62,048 nucleotides of DNA, taken from the IMG/VR virus record IMGVR_UViG_3300027856_000009, positions 1-62,048 of that record; one strand, 5' to 3'. The first letter of the stretch is position 1; every line of letters begins with the position of its first letter. The notes beneath the pieces are model-generated. The model saw only the letters and a program-made list of their open reading frames with translations. It was not told the origin of the DNA and made no database searches. Positions 1-8,574 of this stretch are shown piece by piece. This stretch comes from a virus (taxonomy: Duplodnaviria; Caudoviricetes). The translations under genes and the position numbers were made by a program.

Positions 1-944
1 TCCAGGTAGACCTGCGTGGTCGTGGGGCTCGCGTGTCCCAGGAACGCCTGAATGTCCTGCAGCCGGACGCCGGCCTCGTCGAGGTCGCGTGCGGCCATGT
101 GGCGGATGGCGTGGATGCGGACGCCTTCCATGTCGACGTCGGCGCGGATGGCCGCGCGCTTCAGGATGTCGTTCATCATCCGGTTGCTGAGCGGCCTGTC
201 GGGATCCAGGTGCTTGGTCAGGTGGCAGGTGCGCGTCGCCGTGAAGACGCCCGCGTCGGGGTGCAGCCCGTGGAGCCGGTCCGCGGCGATCCAGTACGCG
301 CGCATGGCGTCGTAGCAGACCTCGGGCAGCTCGAACGACTGGACCCTGCCGCCCTTCGTCTTGACGGTGTAGGAGCGCGGCCGTGACCGCAGGCTCAGGT
401 CGCGGATCCTGAGCTGAGCGACCTCGGCGCGCCGCCGCCCGGTGAAGGCGAAGAAGATGAGGATCGCCTTGTCGCGCAGGCCGGCTTCGTCGGAAGGGAT
501 GTTGTCGACGATTTCGCGGAAGACCTCCCAGTCCATCGCGGTCGCGCGGGCGTAGGGTGTCGGTTGGATGTCGCTGCGCGGCACGAACTTGAACGGGTTG
601 GAGCTGAGCAGCGCGTCGCCGTCGGTGCCGTCGGGGCGGCACAGGAAGTCGAACAGGCTGCTCACCGCGCTCAGGCGACAGTAGGTCGTCGACTCGCTCA
701 CCCCGTGGTGCTCCAGCAGCCACTTCTTGAACGCGACAGCGTGGGCGACGCGCACCTTCTCCGGTGAGATCCAGTCGAACAGCTCGAAGAATTGCATGAT
801 GCCGCAGCGGTATGCGCGCCGTGTGTTGGCCGGTTTGCCTTCGAGGAAGGCGGTGACCATGAGCACGTATCGCTCGAACCGCTTCCGGTCTCCGTTCCCG
901 AAGTTGCGGATGGTCACGGGGTCCAGGGGGACGATGGCACTCAT
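1..944 (-). CDS. Tyrosine recombinase/integrase (XerC/D-like), 3' end runs off window
   Basis: Manual translation from ATG at 944 (not in ORF track): SAM-like N-domain (NTRRAYR...STTYCRLSAVSSLFDFL), RDKAILIFFAFTGRRRAEVAQL (catalytic R), HAIRH, LGHASPTTTQVY (catalytic H and Y). Confidence 0.95.
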   Translation of the reverse strand, partial: MSAIVPLDPVTIRNFGNGDRKRFERYVLMVTAFLEGKPANTRRAYRCGIMQFFELFDWISPEKVRVAHAVAFKKWLLEHHGVSESTTYCRLSAVSSLFDFLCRPDGTDGDALLSSNPFKFVPRSDIQPTPYARATAMDWEVFREIVDNIPSDEAGLRDKAILIFFAFTGRRRAEVAQLRIRDLSLRSRPRSYTVKTKGGRVQSFELPEVCYDAMRAYWIAADRLHGLHPDAGVFTATRTCHLTKHLDPDRPLSNRMMNDILKRAAIRADVDMEGVRIHAIRHMAARDLDEAGVRLQDIQAFLGHASPTTTQVYL

Positions 945-963
945 TGATCGGATTCTAGCGCGG

Positions 964-1008
964 TTGACGCCGAACCGCTTGTCCGACAAGATGCAACACT
1001 GTCAGACA
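964..1008 (+). promoter_or_regulatory. Sigma70-like promoter overlapped by two TGTCnGACA operators, divergent from integrase
   Basis: TTGACG(964-969)-17nt-CAAGAT(987-992); palindromes CTTGTCCGACAAG 978-990 and CTGTCAGACAG 999-1009. Confidence 0.6.
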
Positions 1009-1024
1009 GCCAGCCGGAGAAACC

Positions 1025-1231
1025 ATGAAGATCGCTGAACTATTGAACGGCGCGTCGAAGCGGAAGAAGAAGGTCGAGGTCCGCGTGCCGGCGAAGCTCC
1101 AGGCGAAGCTGGGGACGACCGCGAAGGGCACCGTCTTGCGGATCGTGCCGAAGGGGTCGATCACGTGGGTCGAGGTGAAGATCGGCAGGAAGACTTACAA
1201 CTTCAGGCCGCAGGATCTGAGCCCCGCGTGA
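1025..1231 (+). CDS. Small basic SH3/KOW-like hypothetical protein
   Basis: GGAG RBS; GTVLRIVP...WVEVKIG...FRPQDL beta-barrel pattern. Confidence 0.65.
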   Translation: MKIAELLNGASKRKKKVEVRVPAKLQAKLGTTAKGTVLRIVPKGSITWVEVKIGRKTYNFRPQDLSPA

Positions 1232-1572
1232 CCTGGAGTCTCGACAACGTCGAGGACCGGGCGCAGCTCTACGACGACTTCGAGATCCCCCCGCGTCCGG
1301 TTCGTGAGGCGCTGGTGTTCGGTGACTCGGCCAAGCTCGTGTTCGTCCCGGAGTACCATTCGGCGGGTGCGTCCGGCGAGCGGATGTGGGTCACCGTTAC
1401 GAAGGTCACGGAGGGTCGCTACGAGGGGGAACTGGCGAACGATCCCGTCGTCGTCACGGACCTGCAGCGCGGTGCCCTGGTGACGTTCGGCCCGGAGCAT
1501 GTCTGCAGCATCGAGGAGAGCGACACCCTTGCTTCGGTCTTCGCGCGTGAGGAGCGCGGTGGCGAAAACTGA
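1228..1572 (+). CDS. DUF2314/YegJ-like protein
   Basis: GTGA overlap with upstream stop; motif ERMWVTV...YEGELANDP. Confidence 0.65.
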   Translation: MTWSLDNVEDRAQLYDDFEIPPRPVREALVFGDSAKLVFVPEYHSAGASGERMWVTVTKVTEGRYEGELANDPVVVTDLQRGALVTFGPEHVCSIEESDTLASVFAREERGGEN

Positions 1573-1903
1573 TTCGCTGACCGTCACGGTCTGCACCTGG
1601 GAGCCGCAGCACACCCTCGATCTCATCGAGCTTCAGCAGGCGGCGGTGCGGGACGGCACCATCAAGAAGCTCGTGAAGAAGCACGGCCGGGGCACCCCCG
1701 CTCTTCGGGCTGCGATGGCGAAGGCGAAGCTCGTCTCGGTGAAGATGTCCCCGCGGGGCGAGCCGGTTTGCCCGGAGTGCGCGGCGCTGATGGAGTCGGT
1801 CGTGGCTCGCGGCGGCATCACCGACCGCGCCGAGGCCGTTCGCGATGTGGTACAGGATTTCGACAAGGCGATCGAGCGCACCAGGAAGGCGCGGAACTCG
1901 TGA
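1559..1903 (+). CDS. Hypothetical protein with CPEC motif
   Basis: GAGGAG RBS, GTG start, coupled to neighbours. Confidence 0.6.
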   Translation: MAKTDSLTVTVCTWEPQHTLDLIELQQAAVRDGTIKKLVKKHGRGTPALRAAMAKAKLVSVKMSPRGEPVCPECAALMESVVARGGITDRAEAVRDVVQDFDKAIERTRKARNS

Positions 1904-2035
1904 AGCGTCGTCAGTTCAGGCGACTGTGGTCCACGATGATCCGTCGCTGCCACAGCCCGGACGACAAGTCGTATCGCTGGTACGGCGCTCGCGGGATCGT
2001 CGTCTGCCCCGAATGGAGAACTAGCTTCGACGCCG
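1900..2035 (+). pseudogene. N-terminal fragment of phage HNH-type endonuclease
   Basis: WSTMIRRCHSPDDKSYRWYGARGIVVCPEWRTSF matches the WxxMxxRC...YGxRGIxVC pattern; the downstream HNH core is missing. Confidence 0.6.
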
Positions 2036-2050
2036 GGGCTTCAGGGCGAC

Positions 2051-2233
2051 GTGTTGCGCTTGGTGCGGGAGAGAGGGGAGGTTCGTCCCCCGGAGGTCGC
2101 GGAGGCGCTGGGCAGGGCGGTTCCAACCGTGAATGCTACCCTCCACAACCTGATGAAGGCTGGGCGTCTCAAACGGGTGCGTCGCGGCGTATATGCCCCC
2201 GTAGTTGAACTGGACACAACGTCCCCCTCCTAA
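2051..2233 (+). CDS. Winged-helix DNA-binding domain (possibly a fragment)
   Basis: RPPEVAEALG...TVNATLHNLMKAGRLKRVRRGVY. Confidence 0.6.
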   Translation: MLRLVRERGEVRPPEVAEALGRAVPTVNATLHNLMKAGRLKRVRRGVYAPVVELDTTSPS

Positions 2234-2297
2234 GGGGAAGATGGGGATTCGATTTCTCCCGGGGGTGCTTGGTGAGGAGAGAGGCGACAAAGGACAG

Positions 2298-2519
2298 ATG
2301 CGAAAAACCATCAGCTCGATGATCGATACCGTGGCCAATGCGCCTCGCGTGCAGCGTATCCGGGGGCGCCTGTTCTTCTACCGGGTTCGGGCGCTGGTCC
2401 CCCTCGTGAGCCTGGAACAGCGGCTCGTGGACTACCTCATCGAGAGGATCGACGAGCGCCTGGACGACGCTGACGTGGAACTCTTCGAGGGCCCGGAGCC
2501 GCCGGACTACAAGCACTAG
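2298..2519 (+). CDS. Hypothetical protein
   Basis: AAGGA RBS, ATG, typical codon usage. Confidence 0.55.
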   Translation: MRKTISSMIDTVANAPRVQRIRGRLFFYRVRALVPLVSLEQRLVDYLIERIDERLDDADVELFEGPEPPDYKH

Positions 2520-3949
2520 ACGAGGTAGAGCTTGCGCTTGATGCCGGTCTCGCGGAGCTGACGGGCCTGCCAGTCGGTCAGCTGATGGATCGGCGTCTGT
2601 CCCGGCGTTTCGTGGATGATGATGTTGCCGTCCGACTCTTCCTGGCAGGGGACAACGAACATGTCGATGTTCTTCGCACTTTTCGCGTGCTGGTTGCCCA
2701 GCGGATTCTTGTAGGCGAGCCCGACGACGACCGGCTTGCTGCTCCCCGTACCCGGGTTCGGTGGGTCGAGCGGACGGAAGTCGCTGATGTCCGCGTCGAC
2801 TACCGGAACGCCCCACGCGAATCGCGGCAGCTCGTGCATCTTGGTGGCGAAGACGACAGCCACGCGCCGGTTCATCTTGGCCAGCTCGTAGAGCATCTCG
2901 GGCTTGTTGTGACCGGAGTAGCTGAACGTCAGGTCGTACTCGACGTCGGCTTCTCCCTCGGGGTCGCGCCCAGGGATCTTCGTGTAGTCGTAGAACCACA
3001 TGTCCGGGTAGAGCCGGAAGATGTCGGGGAAGAACAGCTCCCACGGGATATCGCTGAAGACGTTGAGCCGCGTGAACGGCCAGATGTTCGAGCGCCGGTA
3101 GTGTCGCCCCACCGCGTCGATGAGCACCCGGCAGAAGGCCAACGGCTCCTTGATGAGCGCGCTGGTCTTGGCGAACTTGACCACGTAGTTGTACCGGTCG
3201 ACGTTGTTCTGTCCGCTGTACACGAGGCAGCTCGCGCCGCACTCGGCAGTCTTGCGGAAGCAGACGGTCCCCGAGGTTTTGAGCTGGAACTTTTTCGCCT
3301 CGCGCCGGGCGATCGGATCGTCGAACGCGGTGGCGGCCAGCTTGGCGTCGTAGGCCAGCGCATGAGGGGCCAGCGCGAGCCCCCAGGCCTCAGGCGGCGC
3401 CGCGCCTTCCAGCTGCTTGGCTAGGTAGCGAGGCACCTCGACGTCCAGCTTCTTCTTCATCTTGGCGTTCTGGGCGAGGAGAGCTTCGACCATCCCCTTC
3501 GGCGTCTGCCAGACACCCACGTCGATGTCGTGCCCCGCTTTCATCGTCTTGGATGACGGGAAGTGCGGCACGAGAGCAGCGTGCGCTGCGATGAGCCCCG
3601 GGTCCCGGTTGTCGGTGTGGTTCTCGAACACCTCCAACTGTCCTGTTTTCTTGTCGCGCTCCCACTTCAGCTTCCGCTTGGGGTAGCGCGCCAGCACCTG
3701 TTCGAGCGTGATCGGCGACAGCTTCGCCTTCGCGAGCGCACGGTACGGGTCTTCACGCATCTTGGCGTGGGAGCGCGGCCGCGCGTTTGCTGCCAAAGGA
3801 ACGCCGCTCTCCTCCAACCACTCCTCGGGCGCGTCGAACCAGACGTTCCCCAGCTTGAGGGACGCGGCGTATTCCAGAGCCTGGGCGCCGCTCGTGTCGA
3901 CGACGTCGATGAGCCCCTCTCGCCGGCCGATGATGGCGTAGGTCGTCAC
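2516..3949 (-). CDS. Phage GP88-family protein (Cys-rich, radical-SAM-like fold) with N-terminal extension
   Basis: C-x6-C-x3-C, RLNVFSDIPWE, FYDYTK, YDLTFSYSG, VAVVF, DADISDFRPLDP, VVGLAYK. Confidence 0.7.
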   Translation of the reverse strand: MTTYAIIGRREGLIDVVDTSGAQALEYAASLKLGNVWFDAPEEWLEESGVPLAANARPRSHAKMREDPYRALAKAKLSPITLEQVLARYPKRKLKWERDKKTGQLEVFENHTDNRDPGLIAAHAALVPHFPSSKTMKAGHDIDVGVWQTPKGMVEALLAQNAKMKKKLDVEVPRYLAKQLEGAAPPEAWGLALAPHALAYDAKLAATAFDDPIARREAKKFQLKTSGTVCFRKTAECGASCLVYSGQNNVDRYNYVVKFAKTSALIKEPLAFCRVLIDAVGRHYRRSNIWPFTRLNVFSDIPWELFFPDIFRLYPDMWFYDYTKIPGRDPEGEADVEYDLTFSYSGHNKPEMLYELAKMNRRVAVVFATKMHELPRFAWGVPVVDADISDFRPLDPPNPGTGSSKPVVVGLAYKNPLGNQHAKSAKNIDMFVVPCQEESDGNIIIHETPGQTPIHQLTDWQARQLRETGIKRKLYLV

Positions 3950-3995
3950 CCGCCGAGCCTAGCACGGAGGGCGAGAAAGTGCGTCGATGGCTCTC

Positions 3996-4024
3996 TTGAC
4001 ACCGGACGTGTCAGACAACAGCAT
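3996..4024 (+). promoter_or_regulatory. Promoter with TGTCAGACA operator in the spacer
   Basis: TTGACA 3996-4001; operator 4009-4017; divergent intergenic region. Confidence 0.55.
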
Positions 4025-4042
4025 AGTCCCGATGGGACAAGA

Positions 4043-4252
4043 GTGAAGGTAGAGCACGCCATCAAGGTCGCGGCCGAGCTGGTTCCGAGTCTCAAGGGCC
4101 GCGACGCCGTAGCTGTCCACGTCCTCGTCCAGCTCGCGAAGCGGGTCCGCCGTGCGCGAAGGCCCCTCCGGCAGCTCGCCGACGCCATCGCGCCCGAGGC
4201 CTCAGGGCTGAACCAAGAGCCGCTGTTCGGCGACGAGCCGGAGCCGGGGTAG
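4043..4252 (+). CDS. Hypothetical protein
   Basis: GTG start downstream of promoter; C-terminal part of ORF 3563..4252. Confidence 0.55.
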   Translation: MKVEHAIKVAAELVPSLKGRDAVAVHVLVQLAKRVRRARRPLRQLADAIAPEASGLNQEPLFGDEPEPG

Positions 4253-4261
4253 ACTGGGCGC

Positions 4262-4552
4262 GTGTCCCGTCGCCGAGAGGCTATGTGTCGTCTGGGGGCA
4301 GCCCCGCTGTGCCCCGGCTGTCGAGCGCCGCTGCCGCAGCTGAGCCCGTACCAGGACCCGGTGTGTATCCCCTGCGCGACGAAGAGCGCGCTGGCCCGTG
4401 TCGGCGACGTGGAACGCGAGATTGCCGTGATCCAGACCGATCGGCCGAGCAGTGGCTCGTACCGAGACGCGTGCGCTGCCATGCAGGATGACGTGAACGC
4501 CGCCCTCGAAGACTGGCCGATGGGCAACGGCATCGTGGGGCATCGGTACTGA
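4262..4552 (+). CDS. Zinc-finger protein (CPGC...CIPC)
   Basis: Two CxxC pairs; TAGACT-N6-GTG leaderless arrangement. Confidence 0.55.
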   Translation: MSRRREAMCRLGAAPLCPGCRAPLPQLSPYQDPVCIPCATKSALARVGDVEREIAVIQTDRPSSGSYRDACAAMQDDVNAALEDWPMGNGIVGHRY

Positions 4553-4600
4553 TTACCTGTCTGACAGCCTGACTGGCTACACTCGTTCCCGGAGGCAGAC

Positions 4601-4957
4601 ATGGAAGAGTTCCTGCTGAAATGGGGCGCGGCGATCGGCATTTTCATCATCACGGGTGTGCTGATGGAGGCGCTCAACAAGACGATCGGTGCGGAGGCTG
4701 GCGACAAGGGGTTCAGGGGCGTCTGGTATGTCTGGCGCCGCGTCTTCATCGTCGTGGTCGGTGCCGCCCTGGGGATCGGCGGAGCGGTCGCTGGGCTGTC
4801 GAGCCCGATCGGCGACGGTGTCATCTACGGCGGTATCGACGGTGTCGTCGCGGCATGGAGCGCGAGCGGGACTTACGACCTGGTCCTGGGTAGCCTACGA
4901 GCACGCGTGCGTCACAAGCTCGCGAAGAACGGCAGCGGGGGCGACGACAAGAAGTGA
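4601..4957 (+). CDS. Holin-like multi-TM membrane protein
   Basis: GGAGG RBS; about 3 hydrophobic helices; basic/charged C-terminus; 118 aa. Confidence 0.55.
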   Translation: MEEFLLKWGAAIGIFIITGVLMEALNKTIGAEAGDKGFRGVWYVWRRVFIVVVGAALGIGGAVAGLSSPIGDGVIYGGIDGVVAAWSASGTYDLVLGSLRARVRHKLAKNGSGGDDKK

Positions 4958-5310
4958 CCTGGTGGCAGAAGACCTGGGCGTGGCTCAAGAAGTGGGGCTC
5001 CTGGCTCCTCGGCGGCATCGTGACGGTGCTGCTCGGGGTGCTCACGCTCGGCTGGTACGTCCGGCGTCAGAACCGTCAGATCGGCCAGCTCAAGGACCAG
5101 GTCGCGGTGGCCGACGCGATGAAGGAGATCACGCGCCTCCGCGCGCTGCGCGAGGGTGTCGCCGAGCGCGTCGGTGAAAAGGACCAGGCCATCGAGGAGG
5201 TCGACCGCGACCTGGCGGCGAACCAGCGCCGCATCGTCGAGGCGCATGAAGGTGGGAAAGGGCTCTCAGATGAGGAAGTTGCTGCCGAGTTCGTGCGCCT
5301 GGGGTTCTGA
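4954..5310 (+). CDS. N-terminally anchored coiled-coil protein (Rz/i-spanin-like)
   Basis: Single TM then heptad coiled coil; follows holin-like gene with GTGA overlap. Confidence 0.5.
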   Translation: MTWWQKTWAWLKKWGSWLLGGIVTVLLGVLTLGWYVRRQNRQIGQLKDQVAVADAMKEITRLRALREGVAERVGEKDQAIEEVDRDLAANQRRIVEAHEGGKGLSDEEVAAEFVRLGF

Positions 5311-5812
5311 CGACCGGGGCGGCGCCTGGGCGGTCATCATGCTGGTCGGCGTTCTGTCGGCGAACTGCTCCGCGTCGGCCCAGGATGCGCTTCCCAACCT
5401 CCCCGACGTGACGGTTCCTTGCGCACCCGACGTCACAGAGAATCGCCGCCAGGTCGTCGAGCAGGATGGCCAGTCCGGCGTCTGGTTCCACATCGAGGTC
5501 GCGCGTTGCATGCTCGGCCGGCTGGCCGCGTTGCCGCTCTACGCGCAGCGCGTGTCGCTCCTCGAAGATCGCCTGCGACTCGGGGACGAGCGCACGGTAC
5601 TACTGCGCCGACAGGCGGAGCTGGCTGAGGCGGAAGCCGAAGAGGCAGCAGGGGCGCTGGAGGCGGCCACACGTCTCGCGCGAACGGCCACCGAATCGGC
5701 GCAGCGGGAGCGTGATCTCCGCTGGCTCTGGTTCGGGATCGGAGTCGTCATCGTGGTGGCCTTGGAGGCCTTGGCCATCTGGGCCCTCAGTGAAGTACGG
5801 ATCGTCATATGA
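5270..5812 (+). CDS. Exported coiled-coil protein with C-terminal TM (spanin-like)
   Basis: Signal-like segment ending ASA-QD, coiled coil, C-terminal TM; overlaps upstream gene; start uncertain. Confidence 0.45.
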   Translation: MRKLLPSSCAWGSDDRGGAWAVIMLVGVLSANCSASAQDALPNLPDVTVPCAPDVTENRRQVVEQDGQSGVWFHIEVARCMLGRLAALPLYAQRVSLLEDRLRLGDERTVLLRRQAELAEAEAEEAAGALEAATRLARTATESAQRERDLRWLWFGIGVVIVVALEALAIWALSEVRIVI

Positions 5813-6150
5813 GCGATGAAGAGGAAGAAGCTGAGGCGACCCAAGAGCCCCCGAAGAAGGGGAAGGCGAAGACCTGGGTCGAGTCGCTGACGGTGAAGCA
5901 GCGACGACGCGGCTCGCGACCATCCACGAGTTCGGGCTCAACGAGAGCCGGGCGCGCGCGGCAGCGGCCGAGGTGCAGAGGTGTAGCCCCCCTCGGAGAG
6001 CAGCGGGGCGGCGATCACGATGCGCTCCGCGCCCACCACCAGTCTGGTATCTCGGGATACCAGACTAGCGAGCGGTCCGTAGGAGCGCCCACATGTGGGA
6101 CAAAACCGCGGGGAGTGTGCGCGGGGGCGGACGCAGACTCCTCCGCGTAG
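5809..6150 (+). CDS. Hypothetical protein, 3' part doubtful
   Basis: ATGA overlap; acidic/basic N-terminus looks coding, later part looks out of frame. Confidence 0.35.
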   Translation: MSDEEEEAEATQEPPKKGKAKTWVESLTVKQRRRGSRPSTSSGSTRAGRARQRPRCRGVAPLGEQRGGDHDALRAHHQSGISGYQTSERSVGAPTCGTKPRGVCAGADADSSA

Positions 6151-6165
6151 GCACCCACATGTGGG
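6088..6165. repeat. Two copies of palindrome CCCACATGTGGG within about 30-bp imperfect direct repeats
   Basis: 6088-6099 and 6154-6165, each preceded by CGTAGG and followed by ACA...CGGGGAG. Confidence 0.8.
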
Positions 6166-6496
6166 ACAGGCCCACGGGGAGCGGTATTTGCTGAAATGGA
6201 GGCGGGGGTCCTCCGGTACCGCGCGCAGCAGCTCCGACGCCTTGCGACCGGCGAATCCTGGGTGCGACGGCAGTCAGCCGCGGCGCAGAGCGCCTCTCTG
6301 GGGGCTCCGCCCCCAGCCCCCCGCCGAACGAACTTGCGGCCCGTGAGGGTCCAGCGTAACTTGTCAGACAGGCGACAAACTCCGCGTGACGCCCTCGTAG
6401 GTTCGTCACGCCTTGGAGGCCGGTCTTGCAGTTGTCGCTGCAATGCCGGCCGCCTCACTATCTGGGGGTCGATCTTGGCTCTCAGTGTCGTCGTGC

Positions 6497-6703
6497 TCAG
6501 GTTCGCCTAAGAGCTGCGCTCCTCCCCATGTACCAGAGGAGCCCGAAGCCGATGAGTCCGACGGCGGCGATGCCGACGATCTTCGACGGCCCCTCATTCG
6601 CGCCCAAGCCCGAGCAGCCGCAGCCAGCGAGGCCGCCACAGCCGCAGCCGCCCTGCAAGGGGTAGCGCGCCGACCGCATGCCGTTGATACGTGTGTAGCT
6701 CAC
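6497..6703 (-). CDS. Small membrane protein with MSY leader and GCGC/GLG motifs
   Basis: (M)SYTRING...GCGCGGLAGCGCSGLG, C-terminal TM and basic tail. Confidence 0.7.
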   Translation of the reverse strand: MSYTRINGMRSARYPLQGGCGCGGLAGCGCSGLGANEGPSKIVGIAAVGLIGFGLLWYMGRSAALRRT

Positions 6704-6825
6704 CGGAAGCCCCCGCCCAGAGACAAGACCTGTGGTGCCTTCTTGTTCCACCACCAGAATTGCACGCCCAGGAGCCCGATGGGCCCGATGGTGGCGTACT
6801 TCCAGTTGCGACTGACTTGGTTCAT
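6700..6825 (-). CDS. 41-aa membrane microprotein
   Basis: Manual translation MNQVSRNWKYATIGPIGLLGVQFWWWNKKAPQVLSLGGGFR; AAGGAG RBS; GTGA overlap with next gene. Confidence 0.55.
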   Translation of the reverse strand: MNQVSRNWKYATIGPIGLLGVQFWWWNKKAPQVLSLGGGFR

Positions 6826-6863
6826 GTCCGGCTGCTCCTTCTGCCGAATGGTACTCTCACGCG

Positions 6864-7541
6864 GTGGGATGGCTCAAGGCGGCGTTGGGATTGGCGGCCA
6901 CCGCGGTGGTGAAGGACGCGGTGATGAAGCCGCGGCAGATCGGTGCCGTCGCCCGCTCCTACTGCGATCGGACTGGAAAGCCCCTGCTGCTCCTCTCGGA
7001 ACCTACCGTTGTGAGCAAGCTCATCGGCGCACCCGTGAAAGCCGATGTCTCCCTGGTTGGTGCGGGCCCTCTGCGCGTCCCAGACAAGACCTTTGGCGCG
7101 GTACTCGCGGTCGGTGTGCTGGAACGGGAGAAGCGTCCCGACTTGGCCTTGCAGGAGTGGCGCCGGGTGGCTGACGCCGTCTTCGTGGTCGTGCCGCCCT
7201 GGTGGTCGCCGATGACGTGGCTCGACCCCGGCAACCAGTGGTACATCGAGCCGTCCCTGAAGCGTGCCGCGCCGCTCTGGAACGACCGCCAACGCGTCTA
7301 CTTGCTCCAGGTGTCAGACAACGGCTATGGTAGGCGCTCATGGAGCCCGACGACTTCCCCGAGCCCGATCCCGATCCCGCCGCGCCCGAGCCCGCCGGAC
7401 ACCAACTCCCTCCCCGTCCCGGACCTGAGGTCCGAGAACACCGGAGCCTCGGTGCTGCCCTCCTCGGCAACACATCTCGTGACAATCGAGGGGGAGTTGC
7501 CGGACTACGACGATCTGGTGAACCAGCCTTTCGGGTCGTAG
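6864..7541 (+). CDS. Degenerate class I SAM-methyltransferase-like protein
   Basis: LRVPDKTFGAVLAVGVLE...DLALQEWRRVA pattern; SAM-binding motif I not evident; Pro-rich C-terminus overlaps next gene. Confidence 0.45.
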   Translation: MGWLKAALGLAATAVVKDAVMKPRQIGAVARSYCDRTGKPLLLLSEPTVVSKLIGAPVKADVSLVGAGPLRVPDKTFGAVLAVGVLEREKRPDLALQEWRRVADAVFVVVPPWWSPMTWLDPGNQWYIEPSLKRAAPLWNDRQRVYLLQVSDNGYGRRSWSPTTSPSPIPIPPRPSPPDTNSLPVPDLRSENTGASVLPSSATHLVTIEGELPDYDDLVNQPFGS

Positions 7542-7936
7542 ACCTCTGCCTGTCCGACACAGGGCAGGTCCACGCGAAGGTCATCCACGAGCTGCCGGAG
7601 AAGGTCTACAGACAGGCCACCGCGCTTCGTTTCGCCCAGTACGAGGCGAAAAAAGTCGATCGCGGCGAGTCGGTCTACGTGGTGATCCATCCGCGAGGCC
7701 GCTTTGTCGGCGTCGTCGCGTCGGGCACTGGGCGCCGGGTTCCGCCCCGCGTCGCGGTCCGCGCGAAGCGGATGGTGCGGGAGCTGCTGCCCGACCTCGT
7801 GCCGAAGCGGAGTCGCCGACGGCGAACAAGCAAAAAGCCCGCTCGGGCCAACGCTCGGGCCAACACCGCGGTGCGGAAGCGCCGCACCAGCCGCGTCCCT
7901 GTGAAGGGCCGCAAGCGCGCTCGTGGCGGCCGGTAG
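7340..7936 (+). CDS. Hypothetical protein with acidic N-terminus and Arg/Lys-rich tail
   Basis: Tail RRRRTSKKPARANARANTAVRKRRTSR; operator 7312-7320 upstream. Confidence 0.65.
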   Translation: MEPDDFPEPDPDPAAPEPAGHQLPPRPGPEVREHRSLGAALLGNTSRDNRGGVAGLRRSGEPAFRVVDLCLSDTGQVHAKVIHELPEKVYRQATALRFAQYEAKKVDRGESVYVVIHPRGRFVGVVASGTGRRVPPRVAVRAKRMVRELLPDLVPKRSRRRRTSKKPARANARANTAVRKRRTSRVPVKGRKRARGGR

Positions 7937-7968
7937 GCGCTCGGGCCGGAACAGGGTACTCTAGGCCC

Positions 7969-8574
7969 ATGATTCCGCAGCTGCCGCCATACATGCCGAC
8001 GGAGTACCTCCCCGGCTCCTACGGGCGCTACCGACAGTACCCTCGGTCGGTGCGTGCGCAGATCCCCGGAACAGGCTACGACGTCGGCCGCATGCGGTGG
8101 GCGGAGCAGCGGCTGAACCTGACGGGCAACCAGCGACAGTCCTACGGGAACTACGCCAACGTCCCGCTGCGCGGGCTCGGGGACAGCGGCGACGGCCTGG
8201 GTTTGGCCATACCGCCAGAGATGATGCGGACTGCCATGAGGACGACGGCCGCCAGGCCGATGCTGCTCACGCTCACGCTTCCTCCTCCCGGGTCTGGTGA
8301 CCAGGGCGGCGGTGATGAGGACGTGGCGTCGCAGATCGCGCGGGCGGCTGCGGAGGCCGAAGCGGCCGCGGCGGCGGCCTTCGCGACGGATGTCGTGGAG
8401 CAGCCCGTGGACGTTCCGCTCGTCGAGGAGGAGGAGGGTTTCTTCGACAAGAAGGTTGGTCCCGTGCCTGTTTGGGCCCTGGGGCTCGGCGGCATCGCGG
8501 TCGTTGGCGGCGGAGCCTTTTGGCTCATGCGCCGGAAGAAGCCCCGCAAGAACCGCCGCAGGAGGCGACGATGA
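7969..8574 (+). CDS. Putative virion membrane protein (LRGLG, C-terminal TM, KNRRRRR tail)
   Basis: Tyr/Arg-rich N-terminus, LRGLG and DGLG, TM, RKNRRRRRR. Confidence 0.75.
   Translation: MIPQLPPYMPTEYLPGSYGRYRQYPRSVRAQIPGTGYDVGRMRWAEQRLNLTGNQRQSYGNYANVPLRGLGDSGDGLGLAIPPEMMRTAMRTTAARPMLLTLTLPPPGSGDQGGGDEDVASQIARAAAEAEAAAAAAFATDVVEQPVDVPLVEEEEGFFDKKVGPVPVWALGLGGIAVVGGGAFWLMRRKKPRKNRRRRRR

Noticed and set aside
1-1000. att site next to the integrase
   Set aside because: The integrase 3' end is outside the window and no repeated core sequence could be identified
5809-6150. Programmed double frameshift (alternative frame LATIHEFGLNESRAR looks more protein-like)
   Set aside because: No recognisable slippery site or homology support; cannot be distinguished from decay or sequencing error
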